From contig CAVYGB010000008.1 of assembly GCA_963767925.1 (NCBI GenBank), forward strand, positions 2,240,001-2,304,000: 64,000 nucleotides of DNA. The letters run 5' to 3'. This document shows, in pieces, positions 18,905-31,952 of this stretch; the first letter of the stretch is position 1; each line of letters begins with the position of its first letter. Below the pieces are notes generated by a model that ran no database searches, was not told the origin of the DNA, and was given only the letters and a program-made list of their open reading frames with translations. A program made the position numbers and the translations under genes. This DNA comes from an uncultured delta proteobacterium. Its GTDB lineage: Bacteria; Myxococcota_A; Polyangia; Fen-1088.

Positions 18905-20125
18905 ATGGCGGCCTTCGCCCGGCCAGACAAGGGGCGACGCCGTCGTGCGACGTCGTGCGCAAGCCCGGACGCTCGCGCCACCATCGCCCGTGTCGCCCGG
19001 CAGTGGGCCTCTCCCCGGCCCGACCCGGGTTATCCTCCACGCGCCTTGCCCCCGGCCTTCCTCGCACTCCTGCTGCTTGGCCAGCAGCCCGTCCTCGCCG
19101 ACGCGCCCTCGCCCGGTTCGCCTGCCGTGCCGGCGCCGGGGCCGGCCCGGGGGATCCTGCCCACCGCGGCGGCGATCGTACCGGGCCTCCTGCTTCACGG
19201 CAGCGGCCACTTCGTAGCAGGAGACCGCCGGACCGCGCTCCGGCTCCTGGCGGCCCAGGGCATAGGGCTGGGCGGCATGGTGGCGGGTCTGGCTGGCCTG
19301 GCGGTGACCGGGGCCTCGCCCCGCTTCGTTTCCCCCATCATCCTGCTCACGGCCGCCGGCGCGGCCCTCTTCACCACCTCCGCCCTCGCCGACCTCTACG
19401 GCGTGCTCGCCCCGCCCGGTGGCACCGGAGCGGCCCCCGCCGATCTCCCCGCCCTGGAAGCAGGCGGAGGCGCCCTGCTGGTGCGGAACCCGGTCTTCCC
19501 CTACCGCTGGCTGGCCGCCGTCACGCTGGACGCCCGCGCCGGCCGCTGGCGCCTGTGGCCGCGGCTGTACGGAACCGCAAACGGCCAGACGGTGCGGGCG
19601 GAGCTGCGGGGCAGTTACCGCCTCACCGGCCTCCGCCCCAGCTCCGTCGACCTCTCGGGCGCCCTGGTGCACCACCGGGAGGGCGGGGACGTGATCCCGT
19701 TCGGCACCACCCTGGCGGAGCTGAGCCTCGACGGGCGCACCCGGCTCGACGCCCTGGCGCCGTCCCTGGCCGGCTCGTTCCTGGACTGGAGCGGCGGACT
19801 GGCCTTCGGCGGCATGTACTTCGGCGGCGCCGTCGACGCGCTCGAGGCCACCGACCTGCTGCTGGCCCGCTTCGGCTTCGGGTTCTTCCTCGGCCGTTCG
19901 AGCGACCCCCGGGGCGAGGTGGTGTTCGGCTACGACCACCGGCACGACGACTTTGCCGGTGGCCTCAAGATGCCCGGTCTCGGCAGCGGCCCCGCGGGGA
20001 GCTTTGGCCTCGAGGCTTCGATCTACGTCCGGCCCCGCTGGGGCCTGCGGGCGGTGGCCCGGGCCGGGTCGGCCCACGTGGTCGGGCTGTCGCTCCTGTA
20101 TCGGCGTCCGCCGGAGGGACGATGA
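18905..20125 (+). CDS. Hypothetical exported/membrane protein with possible C-terminal beta-barrel
   Basis: 406-aa ORF; PGLLLHGSGHF plus TM helices, then alternating beta-strand pattern; start uncertain; ATGA-coupled to next gene. Confidence 0.55.
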   Translation: MAAFARPDKGRRRRATSCASPDARATIARVARQWASPRPDPGYPPRALPPAFLALLLLGQQPVLADAPSPGSPAVPAPGPARGILPTAAAIVPGLLLHGSGHFVAGDRRTALRLLAAQGIGLGGMVAGLAGLAVTGASPRFVSPIILLTAAGAALFTTSALADLYGVLAPPGGTGAAPADLPALEAGGGALLVRNPVFPYRWLAAVTLDARAGRWRLWPRLYGTANGQTVRAELRGSYRLTGLRPSSVDLSGALVHHREGGDVIPFGTTLAELSLDGRTRLDALAPSLAGSFLDWSGGLAFGGMYFGGAVDALEATDLLLARFGFGFFLGRSSDPRGEVVFGYDHRHDDFAGGLKMPGLGSGPAGSFGLEASIYVRPRWGLRAVARAGSAHVVGLSLLYRRPPEGR

Positions 20126-21231
20126 GGGCAAGGCGCAGGCTCACGCTCGTCCTCCAGCTCGGGCTGGCGCTGACCCCCACCGGCTGCCTCGACGTCGCCG
20201 AGGGGCGCGCCCGCCGCGACGAGGCGGTCGGTCGGGCCCGGGCGGGCGGGACCGCGGTCCGGGTGGAAGCGGGCCTGGCCGCGGTCCACGCCATCGGGAC
20301 GCAGGAGCTGCGGCTCTGGGCGCAGGCTCCGGCGCTGGTGTTCGAGCTGACCCGGGCCGACCCCGCCGCACCCCTGACGATCACCGTCCAGAACGCGCTC
20401 CCCGACGCCGCCCTCACCTCCGCCGAGGGACAGGCGCTCCCCCTGCTCCCCGCCGACCCGTCGGAACCGGCCACGGTCCGGAGCTGGCGGCTCGATCAAG
20501 CCGCCGGGCCGAGCCTGCGGCTGCTGCTGGCCGCACCGGACCAGGAGCGCCCGGCGCCCTTCCGCTTCGCCCTCTACGCCGACGTGCAGGAGCGCATCGA
20601 CGACGTGCAGGACCTCTACCGCCGCATGAACGCCGATCCCAGCATCCGCTTCGCGCTCATGAGCGGCGATCTGACCGACATGGGCGCCCGCGATCAGCTG
20701 CTCCGCTTCCAGCGCGAGATGCGCACCCTCGCCTTCCCGGTCTACGCCACCCTCGGCAACCACGAGCTCGGCGCGGCCGGCCCCCCCTTTCACGACCTGT
20801 TCGGCCGGGGCAGCTTCAGCTTCACCTTCCGGGGCGCCCGTTTCACCCTGCTCGACTCGGGCAGCGCCACCCTGGCCCCCCAGGTGTACGACTGGCTGGA
20901 CGGCTGGCTGGCGGCGGGGGCCCGGTCCTTCCACCTCGTCGCCACCCACATCGCGCCGCTCGATCCAGCGGGGACCCGCAACGGCGCCTTCGCCAGCCGC
21001 CTCGAGGCCGGGCTGCTGCTGGGCCGCCTGGCGGCCGGGGGCGTGGACGCGACCATCTACGGGCACGTCCATTCCTATTACGCCTTCGCCAACGCCGGCA
21101 TCCCCGCGTACATCAGCGGCGGCGGCGGCGGCATCCCCGAGCGCCTCGACGGGATCGGCCGCCACTACCTCACGATCGACGTCCATCCGACGACCCAGCA
21201 GCACCAGGTCGCGGTGGTGCGGGTCGACTAG
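20122..21231 (+). CDS. Calcineurin-like metallophosphoesterase lipoprotein
   Basis: Lipobox-like PTGC; ADVQ, GDLTD, GNHE, GHVH motifs. Confidence 0.85.
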   Translation: MRARRRLTLVLQLGLALTPTGCLDVAEGRARRDEAVGRARAGGTAVRVEAGLAAVHAIGTQELRLWAQAPALVFELTRADPAAPLTITVQNALPDAALTSAEGQALPLLPADPSEPATVRSWRLDQAAGPSLRLLLAAPDQERPAPFRFALYADVQERIDDVQDLYRRMNADPSIRFALMSGDLTDMGARDQLLRFQREMRTLAFPVYATLGNHELGAAGPPFHDLFGRGSFSFTFRGARFTLLDSGSATLAPQVYDWLDGWLAAGARSFHLVATHIAPLDPAGTRNGAFASRLEAGLLLGRLAAGGVDATIYGHVHSYYAFANAGIPAYISGGGGGIPERLDGIGRHYLTIDVHPTTQQHQVAVVRVD

Positions 21232-21442
21232 CGCCTCGCGGCAGAAGATCGGTCATGGTTTCGGCGTCGAGGTGCCCCGCCAGCAAGGCGACGACGAGTG
21301 ATACTGGACGTATTTCGAGGAGGAGCAACGCAGCTGGCGGGGATGCATGGCGGCGAAACCATGGCCGAGATTCTGCCGTGAGGCACCAGGGACTGTTTTC
21401 GAAGTAGTCGGGTTCCCTCGCTTCGCTCGGGCCCGACTAGCG

Positions 21443-21874
21443 CTATCCGGTGTGGCCGAAGCCGCCGGCGCCCCGGGTGGTGTCGGACAGCTCCTCGGCC
21501 TCGACAATCTCGGCCCGGGTCACGGGGGCGATCACGAGCTGGGCGATGCGATCGCCGGGAGCAATGGTGTGTGGGGCCTGCCCCAGGTTCACGAGCAGGA
21601 CCACCAGCTCGCCCCGGTAGTCCGCGTCGATGGTCCCGGGAGCGTTCACCACCGTGACACCGTGGCGGCTGGCCAGCCCGGAACGCGGCCGCACCTGCCC
21701 CTCGTGACCGGCAGGCAGCTCCATGGCCAGGCCGGTAGGCACCCCCAGCCGCTCGCCCGGCAGCAGGGTCAGCGGCCCCTCGGCCGCCGACGCCAGATCC
21801 ATCCCCGCCGCCCCCGCCGTCATGTAGCGGGGCAACAGGGCGGCGGGGCGGAGCTTTCGAAACCGGACCGTCAT
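21443..21874 (-). CDS. dut: dUTP diphosphatase
   Basis: [40 protein letters not shown]. Confidence 0.97.
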   Translation of the reverse strand: MTVRFRKLRPAALLPRYMTAGAAGMDLASAAEGPLTLLPGERLGVPTGLAMELPAGHEGQVRPRSGLASRHGVTVVNAPGTIDADYRGELVVLLVNLGQAPHTIAPGDRIAQLVIAPVTRAEIVEAEELSDTTRGAGGFGHTG

Positions 21875-21903
21875 GACGATCGGGTCGGGCGGGGCCCGGT
21901 CGA

Positions 21904-24031
21904 TCAGACCGTCGCGGGGGCGCTGCGGAAGTTGTGGACCACGTCCGGCGTCTTGCCCATCGCCTCGCGCCGGGACAGCCGGATCTTGCCGGTGGCCCGG
22001 TCGATGCCGATCACCTTGACCATCATCTCGTCGCCTTCTTTGCAGACGTCCTGGACCTGGCGCACGCGCTTCTCGTCGAGCTCGCTGATGTGCACGAGTC
22101 CGTCGGTGCCCGGCAGGATCTCCACGAAGGCGCCGAACTCGGCGATGCGTCGGACCACCCCCATGTAGAACTCGCCCACCTCGGGTTCGGTGGTGAGGCC
22201 CTTGATGATGTCGATGGCCTTCTGGGCCATGATGCCGTCGGGCGAGGCTATGTGGACCGTGCCGTCGTCCTCGACGTCGATGGCCACACCGGTCTGGGCG
22301 GTGATGCCCCGGATGGTCTTGCCTCCCGGACCGATGATCTCCCGGATCTGGTCGGGCTTGACCTGGATGGTGAAGATCCGCGGGGCGTACTTGTTCAGCT
22401 CCTCGCGGGAGGTGGTCAGCGCCTCGGCCATCTTGCCGAGGATGTGGACCCGACCTTCGCGGGCCTGGTTGAGCGCCTGCTCAAGGATCTGGCGGGTCAG
22501 CCCCTGGATCTTGATGTCCATCTGGACGGCGCTGATCCCCTTCTTGGTGCCACAGACCTTGAAGTCCATGTCGCCGAGGTGGTCCTCGTCGCCGAGGATG
22601 TCGGAGAGCACCGCGAGGCGATCGCCTTCCTTGATGAGGCCCATGGCGATGCCGGCCACGGGGGTCGTGAGCGGGACCCCGGCGTCCATCAGGGCCAGCG
22701 AGCCGCCGCAGACCGAGGCCATCGACGAGCTGCCGTTGGACTCCAGGATCTCGGACACGACCCGGATCGTGTAGGGGAAGTCGGCCTCCGAGGGTAACAC
22801 CCGGGTCAGGGCGCGCTCGGCGAGGTGGCCGTGGCCGGTCTCGCGCCGGCTGGCCCCGCGCAGCGGCTTGACCTCGCCCGTCGAGAAGGGCGGAAAGTTG
22901 TAGTGGAGCATGAAGCGCTTCTCGATCTCGGCGGTGAGGCCTTCGATGTGTTGCGCGTCCTGCTTGGTCCCCAGGGTGGCGGTGACGAGGGCCTGGGTCT
23001 CGCCCCGGGTGAACAGCGAGGAGCCGTGGGTCCGGGGCAGCACCCCGACCTCACAGCTGATGGCCCGGATGTCGGTGGTGGCCCGGCCGTCGATGCGGCG
23101 CCCGGTGTTGAGCACCAGCTCGCGCAGGTGCTTCTTCTTGGCCGAGTCGAAGGCCTCCTTCAGCTCGGGATCGCGCTCGGGAAACTCGGCCTTGAGGCTC
23201 TCGAGGATCTCGCTGCCCACCGCATCGAGCGCGGCGTAGCGCTCCTGCTTGTCCCGGATCGCCATGGCGGCCTGGATCTTGGGGCCCGCGCTGCCCGACA
23301 CCCGCTCGACGATGATGGGATCTTTGGCCGGCGGCACGAACTCGCGCTTTGGCTTGCCCACCGCGGCCCGCAGCTTCTCCTGCAGATCGATAATAGGCTG
23401 GGCCGCCTTGTGGGCGAACATCAGCGCGTCGATGAGCACGTCTTCGGTGACCTCGGCGGCCCCGCCCTCCACCATGACGATGGCGTCGCGGCTGGCAGCG
23501 ACGACGAGATCGAGCTCCGATTCCTCCCGCTGCTTGAAGGTCGGATTGACCACGTATTGGCCGGCGATCCGCCCGACCCGGACCGCGGCGAAGGGTCCCG
23601 CCCAGGGGATGTCCGAGAGGTGCAAGCGCCATCGAGGCCCCGGTCATGGCGAGGACGTCGGTGGGGTTGTCCTTGTCGGCCGACAGGACGGTGGCGATGA
23701 CCTGGCTGTCGAAGCGCCACCCCTTGGGGAACAGCGGCCGGCAGGGGCGGTCGATGAGGCGGGCGGTGAGCACTTCCTGCTCGGTCAGCCGGCCTTCGCG
23801 CTTGAAGTAGCCGCCCGGGATCTTACCGGCGGCCGACGTCTTCTCGAGGTAGTCGCAGGTCAGCGGCATGAAATCGATGCCGGGACGCACGTTCGACGAA
23901 GCCACGGCGGTGACGAGGACCATCGAGTCGCCGTAGCGGATGACCACCGAGCCGTCGGCCTGCTTGGCCATTCGACCGGTCTCGATCGTGAGCTCTCGGT
24001 CGCCGAAGCCCACTCCTTCGCGTACAAACAT
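21904..24031 (-). CDS. pnp: Polyribonucleotide nucleotidyltransferase (frameshift ~23625)
   Basis: [55 protein letters not shown] and S1 domains; split across two ORFs. Confidence 0.96.
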
Positions 24032-24156
24032 TACAGCACGTCTCCTTGTGCGAAGGCCCCGATACCCCTTCGTCCCTCATCTCGAGGGTCCGCGCGGCAC
24101 CCGCGGCGACCGAACCATCGGGAAAAAGGATGAACGCGGCACCAGGACCGTTGTGG

Positions 24157-24181
24157 AAAAAGGCGTGCCGGGCACCACGCC
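24157..24181 (-). terminator. Intrinsic terminator after rpsO
   Basis: Minus strand GGCGTG-loop-CACGCC followed by TTTTT. Confidence 0.6.
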
Positions 24182-24217
24182 CAGCACGCATATCGAAACG
24201 GTATGACGGCTCGGACG

Positions 24218-24487
24218 CTACTTGCGGATGCCGAGCTCCTGGATGAGCGCGCGGTAGCGCTCGACGTTCGTGCCTTTGAGGTAATCGAGGAGTCGTCGGC
24301 GCTGCCCGACGAGCATCAGGAGACCACGACGCGAGTGGTGGTCTTTGGCGTGCACCCGGAAGTGCTCGGTGAGGTAGTTGATCCTCTCGGAGAGGAGCGC
24401 TATCTGAACCTCGGGCGAGCCCGTATCGCCGGGCCCGCGCGCAAACTTTCTGACCACTTCTGCTTTTCGTACTGCGGCGAGAGCCAT
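24218..24487 (-). CDS. rpsO: 30S ribosomal protein S15
   Basis: [12 protein letters not shown]...[23 protein letters not shown]; 89 aa. Confidence 0.98.
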   Translation of the reverse strand: MALAAVRKAEVVRKFARGPGDTGSPEVQIALLSERINYLTEHFRVHAKDHHSRRGLLMLVGQRRRLLDYLKGTNVERYRALIQELGIRK

Positions 24488-24601
24488 GAACTCACACTCT
24501 TTCTCGTCTTTTCTGTCGTGCTTTCAGCGCTTTAGATTGGGCTACACTTTCCTACAAGAAGGCCATCGAAGTCAACCCACCCGTCGGGAATCCGACCAAC
24601 C

Positions 24602-25531
24602 TCAGAGCTGATCCCGAGCAAAAACCCGCACGGGTTGGGCCCCCTCGGCTGTGACCTCCGCCACGGCCAGCAAGGTCTCGTCGTCCCGCACGACCCGGAC
24701 CCGACCCCGGGTCCCCTCCGGGAGCCCGACGGAGGTAGCCGCCACGCGTTTGCCCTGGACCAGAGCCGCCGCGGCGCTGGCCTCCGCCCGGGCCAGCGGC
24801 AGGTGCGCCAGGGCGAGGTGCAGGGACACCATGGGCAGCGGCTCCCGGCGGTCGATGCGTGCCTCGAGCTCGGGCAGCGTGAGGGCGTCGGCCAGCCGGA
24901 ACGGACCCGAAGCGACGCGACGCAAAGCGGTCAGGTGCGCCAGGGTGCCGACCCCGCGCCCCAGGTCGGCCGCCAGCACACGGACGTAGGTTCCCTTCGA
25001 GCAGCGCAGCCGGAAGCGGGCCGAATCGGGCGGCAGCCAGGCCAGGAGCTCCAGCTCGTGGATCTGGACCTTCCGCGACGAACGTTCGATCTCGATGCCC
25101 TCGCGGGCATAGCTATAAAGAGGCCGGCCCTGGTGCTTGAGCGCCGAGTGCATGGGCGGCACCTGCTCGATCTCGCCCCGCAGCCCCGCGAGGGCCTGGC
25201 CCAGAAGCTCGGCAGACAGGTGATCGGTGGGGGCCGTGCCGACCACGTTCCCGGTGGCGTCGTGGCTGTCGGTGGCCACCCCGAAACGCACGGTGGCCTC
25301 GTATTCCTTGTCGGCGTCGAGGAGGAAGGCAGCCAGCTTCGTGGCTTCGCCCACGCACACGGGAAGAACGCCCGAAGCGAAGGGATCCAGGGTCCCGCCG
25401 TGTCCGCACTTCAGCTTGCGCAGGGAGAGGCCGCTGGCCGCCGGAAGGCCCCGGCACACGAGAGCCGCCACCCGCCTCAAGACGGCAAACGAGGACGGGC
25501 CCTCGGGCTTGTCGACGATCAGCACGCCCAT
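24602..25531 (-). CDS. truB: tRNA pseudouridine(55) synthase
   Basis: VDKPEG, GHGGTLDPFASGVL, QVPPMHSALK, CSKGTYVR. Confidence 0.96.
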   Translation of the reverse strand: MGVLIVDKPEGPSSFAVLRRVAALVCRGLPAASGLSLRKLKCGHGGTLDPFASGVLPVCVGEATKLAAFLLDADKEYEATVRFGVATDSHDATGNVVGTAPTDHLSAELLGQALAGLRGEIEQVPPMHSALKHQGRPLYSYAREGIEIERSSRKVQIHELELLAWLPPDSARFRLRCSKGTYVRVLAADLGRGVGTLAHLTALRRVASGPFRLADALTLPELEARIDRREPLPMVSLHLALAHLPLARAEASAAAALVQGKRVAATSVGLPEGTRGRVRVVRDDETLLAVAEVTAEGAQPVRVFARDQL

Positions 25532-25539
25532 CGCCTGGC

Positions 25540-25971
25540 TCAGCCCTCTGGCTCCCCCTTCCCGGGCGGGAGCTCGCCGGCGGGCGGATCGCCCTCGGGC
25601 GCCGCCGTGGCGGGTGTCTCCCGGGCAACCTCACGCAAGAGGGCGTCCACCTTCTCCTCCTGCTCGAAGACCCGGTCGATCTCGAAGCTCACCGTGGGGA
25701 TGGTGCGCACCGAGAGCTCCTGACCGAGCCGGCGGCGGAGGTAGCCGCTCGCGTGGTCCAGGCCTTTGCGCACCCGCTCGAGCGCGGCGGCGTCGGCGGC
25801 GTGCACGGTGAAGAGCGCGGTGGCCTGGCGCAGGTCCCCGGTGAGCCGCACGTGGGTGATCGTGATGAGGCCCGCGTCCTGCACCCGAGGATCCTTGATC
25901 TCCTGGCGGGTCACGATCTCCCCCAGGATCTCCCGGATCTCCATCGCGAGCCGAGGTACGCGCTCTTTCAT
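25540..25971 (-). CDS. rbfA: Ribosome-binding factor A
   Basis: IKDPRV...ITITHVRLTGDLRQA...ASGYLRRRLG...RTIPTVSFEID; position between infB and truB. Confidence 0.9.
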   Translation of the reverse strand: MKERVPRLAMEIREILGEIVTRQEIKDPRVQDAGLITITHVRLTGDLRQATALFTVHAADAAALERVRKGLDHASGYLRRRLGQELSVRTIPTVSFEIDRVFEQEEKVDALLREVARETPATAAPEGDPPAGELPPGKGEPEG

Positions 25972-25975
25972 TCGC

Positions 25976-26296
25976 CTATCTTGAAGCCGAGATCGTTCTC
26001 GCGCCAAGGCGTCGTTGAAGGTCTGGATCTCCCGCTCGGAGTTCGTCACCTCGGCCTGGGATCGCACGAAGCGGATGATCTCGTCGAGCGCAGACTCGAC
26101 GAAACGCCGCTCGTTGCCCACCACTGCCAGGCCCAGCACGGCGCGCTGCCAGAGGTCGTTGTCCTCGACCTCGGCCGCGGCCACGTTGAACTTCTGGCGC
26201 AGCCGGTCCTTCACCCGGCGCAGGACCATCCGCTTGTCCTTCAGCGAATGGCTGTCGCGGCAAGAACAAGGTGAGGCGCGCGATCCCGACCGTCAC
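25976..26296 (-). CDS. DUF503 (YlxP-like) protein, frameshifted
   Basis: VGIARLTLFLP / SHSLKDKRMVLRRVKDRLRQKFNVAAAEV...DLWQRAVLG across frames. Confidence 0.8.
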   Translation of the reverse strand: MTVGIARLTLFLPRQPFAEGQADGPAPGEGPAAPEVQRGRGRGRGQRPLAARRAGPGSGGQRAAFRRVCARRDHPLRAIPGRGDELRAGDPDLQRRLGARTISASR

Positions 26297-26347
26297 GTCG
26301 ACACTCCCGGGCGCGCTCGGGGCGCTTCGGGCCGCTGACTGCGCGGC

Positions 26348-29227
26348 CTACCGCCGCGGGTCGGCGGCGCCTTGATCGGGGCGTCCAGGGTGGCGGCGAC
26401 GCGTCTCGACCTCGAAGGCCTCGATGATGTCACCCACCTTGATGTCCTGGTATCCCTCGATCGCGAGACCGCACTCGTACCCCTGCGCCACCTCGCTGAC
26501 GTCTTCCTTGAACCGCTTGAGCGAGCCGAAGCTGCCCGTGAAGACGACCACCGAGTCGCGCACCAGGCGAACCTGGGCCTTGCGGCTCATCTTGCCCTCG
26601 GTGACGAAGGAGCCGGCGATGGTGCCGACCTTCGTGATGTTGAAGACCTGGCGGACCTCGACCTTGCCCAGCAGCTTCTCCCGGCTGACCGGGGCCAGCA
26701 TGCCGACCATGGCCTTCTTGACGTCGTCGATGGCGTCGTAGATGACCTGGTAGAGCTTGATCTCGACCCCCTCCTGCTCGCGTCATCTGCTGCGACTTGC
26801 CGGCCGGGCGCACGTTGAAGCCGATGACGATGGCCGCCGAGGCCTTGGCCAGCTGGACGTCGGACTCGGTGATGCCGCCGACGCCGGACTGGATGACGTT
26901 GACCCCCACCGCTGGGCGTGGACAGCGCGCGCAGCGCGGCCGCGATCGCCTCGACCGACCCCTGCACGTCGGCCTTGAGGACGATCTTGACCTCCTTGAC
27001 CTCGCCTTCCCGGATCTTGTCGAGGATGTTCTCGAGCGAGACCCGTCCGGTCGTGGTGGCGGTGGCTTCCTTGCGTGCGGCGCTGATCGCGACGGTGCTC
27101 GACCAGCGACTTGACCGCCTGCTCGTCGGTCACGACGTGGAACAGCTCGCCCGCGTCGGGCACGCCGTCGAGGCCCAGGACCTCGACCGGCGTCGAGGGC
27201 CCTGCCTCGGTGATCTGCTGGCCCTTGTCGCCCAGCATGGCGCGAATCTTGCCCGACACCTCGCCGGCGACCACCAGGTCGCCCACCCGCAAGGTCCCCT
27301 CCTCGACCAGCACGGTCGAGATGGCGCCGCGGGCGCGATCGAGACGCGCCTCGACCACGTGACCGCTGGCTGCCTTCTTGGGGTTGGCCCGCAACTCGAG
27401 GACCTCGGCCTGCAGGGCCAGCATCTCGAGCAGCTTGTCGATGCCCTGCTTGGTCTTGGCCGAGACGTCGACGAAGATGATGTCGCCGCCGAACTCCTCG
27501 GGGACCAGGTTGTGCTCCATCAGCTTGGTGCGGATGGCCTGAGGGTTGGCGCCGGGCTTGTCGACCTTGTTGACCGCCACCACGATCGGCACCTCGGCGG
27601 CGCGGGCGTGGTTGATGGCCTCGATGGTCTGGGGCATCGGCCCGTCGTCGGCCGCCACCACCAGCACGACGATGTCGGTCATCCTGGCGCCGCGGGCACG
27701 CATGGCGGTGAAGGCCTCGTGGCCGGGGGTATCGAGGAAGACGACGTCGCCGCCCGGGGTGTGCACCTTGTAGGCGCCGATGTGCTGGGTGATGCCGCCC
27801 GCCTCGCCGCCCGCCACGTTGGCCTTGCGGATGGCGTCGAGCAGCGAGGTCTTGCCGTGGTCGACGTGGCCCATGACGGTGACCACCGGCGCGCGCGGCA
27901 TCAGATCCTCGGGGTTGTCCGCCGCTTCCTGGGAGATGACCTCTTCCTCGCGGAAGGCGGTCGATTCGATCTGGTAGCCGAAGTCGGTGGCGATGAGGGT
28001 CGCGGTGTCGAGGTCGATGTTCTGGTTGATGGTCACGCCCATCATGCCCAGACCCCAGAGCTTCTTGATGATCTCGTTGCCCTTGACGCCCATGCGCTGG
28101 GCCAGCTCGGACACCGCGATGGCCTCGCCCATCTGGATGACCCGCTTGTGCTCGGCGGGCGTCGTGATCTGGGTCTGCTTGACCTTCTTGCCGGCGGCGA
28201 CGACCTTCTTGCGCGGTGGTCCGCCCGGACGCTGGCCGGGTTGCTGCGGCCCGCGGCCGAAGCGATCCCCGCTGGTGGTGCCCCGGTTCAGCAGACCGGC
28301 GCGCCCCAGGCGACGCAGCTCCTCGTCGCGATCCTTGATCTCGATGCGGGGGACGTTCGGCTGCCCGCGTGGCCCCAGGCCAGGGAGCTGGATGAAGGCG
28401 CCGGTGGCGGCCGAGCCGGTGATGACCGGCTGGGCGATGGTCCGGATGACCGTGCCGGGCTTGTCCCCCTCGGCACTCGCGGCCCGGACGTAGGGGCCGC
28501 CGGGAAGGCTGGCCCGTCCGGCCGACGGTGGGGCCGACGATGGTGACCCGATGGGAGGCCGCGCCGTCGCCGCCGGGGGCGACGTGAGCGGCCGGTTGAC
28601 GACCGGGGGCTGGGTCCGGACCGGCTCGGGCGCCGCGGGCCGTGGCGGTGGCGCCGGAGGTGCAGGTGCAGCCGCCGCCGCGGGCGGGGGCGCCGGCTCG
28701 GTCACGACGGGCTTGCTGGGAGCGGGCGCGGGAGGCGGCGCCGCCACGGGCGGGGGAGCCGGCTCGGGCGGGCGAGCTGCCACCGGGGGCGCTGCCGGCT
28801 CCGGGGCGGGCACCGGCGCGGGTGCCGGAGGAGGGGGCGGCGGCGCCGGAGGCGGCGCCACGGGCGCAGGGGGAGGCGGCGCCGGAGGACGGGCCGCCAC
28901 CTCGGGCTCCCGGACGGGCGGACGAGGCGCCGCCTTGGGAGCGGCCGGGGCCGCCGAGGGAGGGGGTTGTGCGGCAGCGGGAGGCGCCGCGGCCGGGGCC
29001 GGGACAACCGCGCGGGAGCGCCGTCGAATCACGGTGTCGGACAGCCGCTGCTCGATCAGCGTCTCGTGCCGCTCGCGTTCGAGGGCGCGCCGGACGCGTT
29101 CGACGTCGCTGCCTTCCAGGTGTGACATGTGGTTGGCAATGTCGATGCCCATGGACTTGATCTTGTTGACCAGGTCCTTGTTGGAGACGCCAAGGTCCTT
29201 GGCAAGCTCGTAGACGCGCATGCGCAC
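26348..29227 (-). CDS. infB: Translation initiation factor IF-2 (several frameshifts in 3' third)
   Basis: MRVYELAK, Pro/Ala-rich linker, [47 protein letters not shown]...GYECG. Confidence 0.97.
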
Positions 29228-29316
29228 GCCCCCGCCGCCGCCACCATCGGAGGCCGGAATCTCGACGCTCGTAGCCGCTTCCTATCATGAACGCCCCCTT
29301 CTTCCTGGGGTTGGAG

Positions 29317-29601
29317 TTAGCGCGAGGCGAGGACCGCAGCCGTCAGGGCTGCGACGTCGATCGGCGGGATCGAGGTTCGGAACGCCCTGCCGAAGGCACC
29401 GGTCTTGACCGCCGCGCTCACACACAGATCGCTGGGATGCACCCAGGCCCCCCGCCCTCCCGACCAGCCCCGGGCCGGAACCACCAGGAGCGACGCGTCC
29501 GCCCGGGACCGCAGCCCCAGGCGAACCAGCTCCCCCGCCGGACATACCCGGCGGCAACCGACGCAGGTACGCGCCGGGATGTGCGATGGATGCTCCTTCA
29601 A
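29317..29601 (-). CDS. ylxR: YlxR/DUF448 RNA-binding protein
   Basis: PARTCVGCR...ELVR...GRGAWVH; between nusA and infB. Confidence 0.8.
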   Translation of the reverse strand: MKEHPSHIPARTCVGCRRVCPAGELVRLGLRSRADASLLVVPARGWSGGRGAWVHPSDLCVSAAVKTGAFGRAFRTSIPPIDVAALTAAVLASR

Positions 29602-31018
<1,417 letters not shown>

Positions 31019-31026
<8 letters not shown>

Positions 31027-31675
31027 GATGCGCTCCTTGAGGACGACTGTTTGAGCCACCTGGGCGTCGTGGGCCCGGCTCGCCGCCGCCTCCGCCAGCA
31101 CCGCTCGGGCCGGCACCCATGATGGGCTCGGCTTGCTGGCTCCGCCGGAACTCGGCGGCCCAGTCGGGAACCAGGTTGGCCTTGACCACGAGGTCGATGG
31201 GGACGCGGTAGGTGCGCCCATCGGCCTCAATCTCGGCAACTCCGGCCTGGGCCCCGACCAGCGTTCCGGAAAAATTTCGTCGCCCCTCGACCGGCTCGCT
31301 CGTGCGGGCCTTCACCTGCTGGCCAGCGAAGCGGCGGAAGTCCTGCTCGCGCCGCAGGGGGCGGTCCAGACCGGGAGAGCTCACCTCCAGCGCGTAGGTG
31401 TGTGGAATCACGTCGGCAACATCGAGCGCCGCCGAGACGTCCCGGCTCACCCGCTCGCAGTCCTCGAACCCGACCGCGGGGAGCGCAAACAGGGGATCGG
31501 GCGTGCCCGCTCCCGGTAGACGGGGGCCGTCCCCCGGCGTAAAAGGCCGATCGATGTAAACGCGCAGGGACCAACCTCCGCCCTCTCGACCCCACTGCAG
31601 CTCGACCAGATCGAGGCCCGCCCCCGTGATATAGGGTTCGATCAGGTTCCAGAGCTCAGTGATTTCCTTACGCAT
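31019..31675 (-). CDS. rimP: Ribosome maturation factor RimP
   Basis: [30 protein letters not shown]-terminal end may be affected by an indel. Confidence 0.93.
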
Positions 31676-31726
31676 TTTGGTGAGCGGTGCTTTTCTTGTG
31701 ATCTTCTTCCGGGAGGCGTGCTGGGC

Positions 31727-31754
31727 AAAAAAAAGGCGGGCTCGGTGGCCCGCC
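31727..31754 (-). terminator. Terminator-like hairpin in the rimP leader
   Basis: Minus strand GGCGGGC-CACCGA-GCCCGCC-T8, ~50 nt upstream of the rimP start. Confidence 0.7.
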
Positions 31755-31952
31755 CGCTCGTTCGGGGTGTGCCTTTAGGGAACGGGATTTTTACCACGCT
31801 CCGTCGATTGAGGCAAACCAATCCCGGTCGGACGGACCCGAAAAACACTGAGATTGGGCGAGCTTCGGAGGGTGCGGAGAGCGATCGAGAGAGCCCTGCC
31901 GACAGGCCGACGGAAGCGGGCGACGGTTGATTTGCGTGTTAGCTTGCGGGGC

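Noticed and set aside
25540..26229. Apparent DUF503-RbfA fusion ORF
   Set aside because: DUF503 has indels at both ends and rbfA has its own ATG at 25971; likely a frameshift artefact
28500..29010. GC-rich repetitive tract that could be a tandem repeat or array
   Set aside because: Encodes the Pro/Ala linker of IF-2; no fixed repeat unit or spacers
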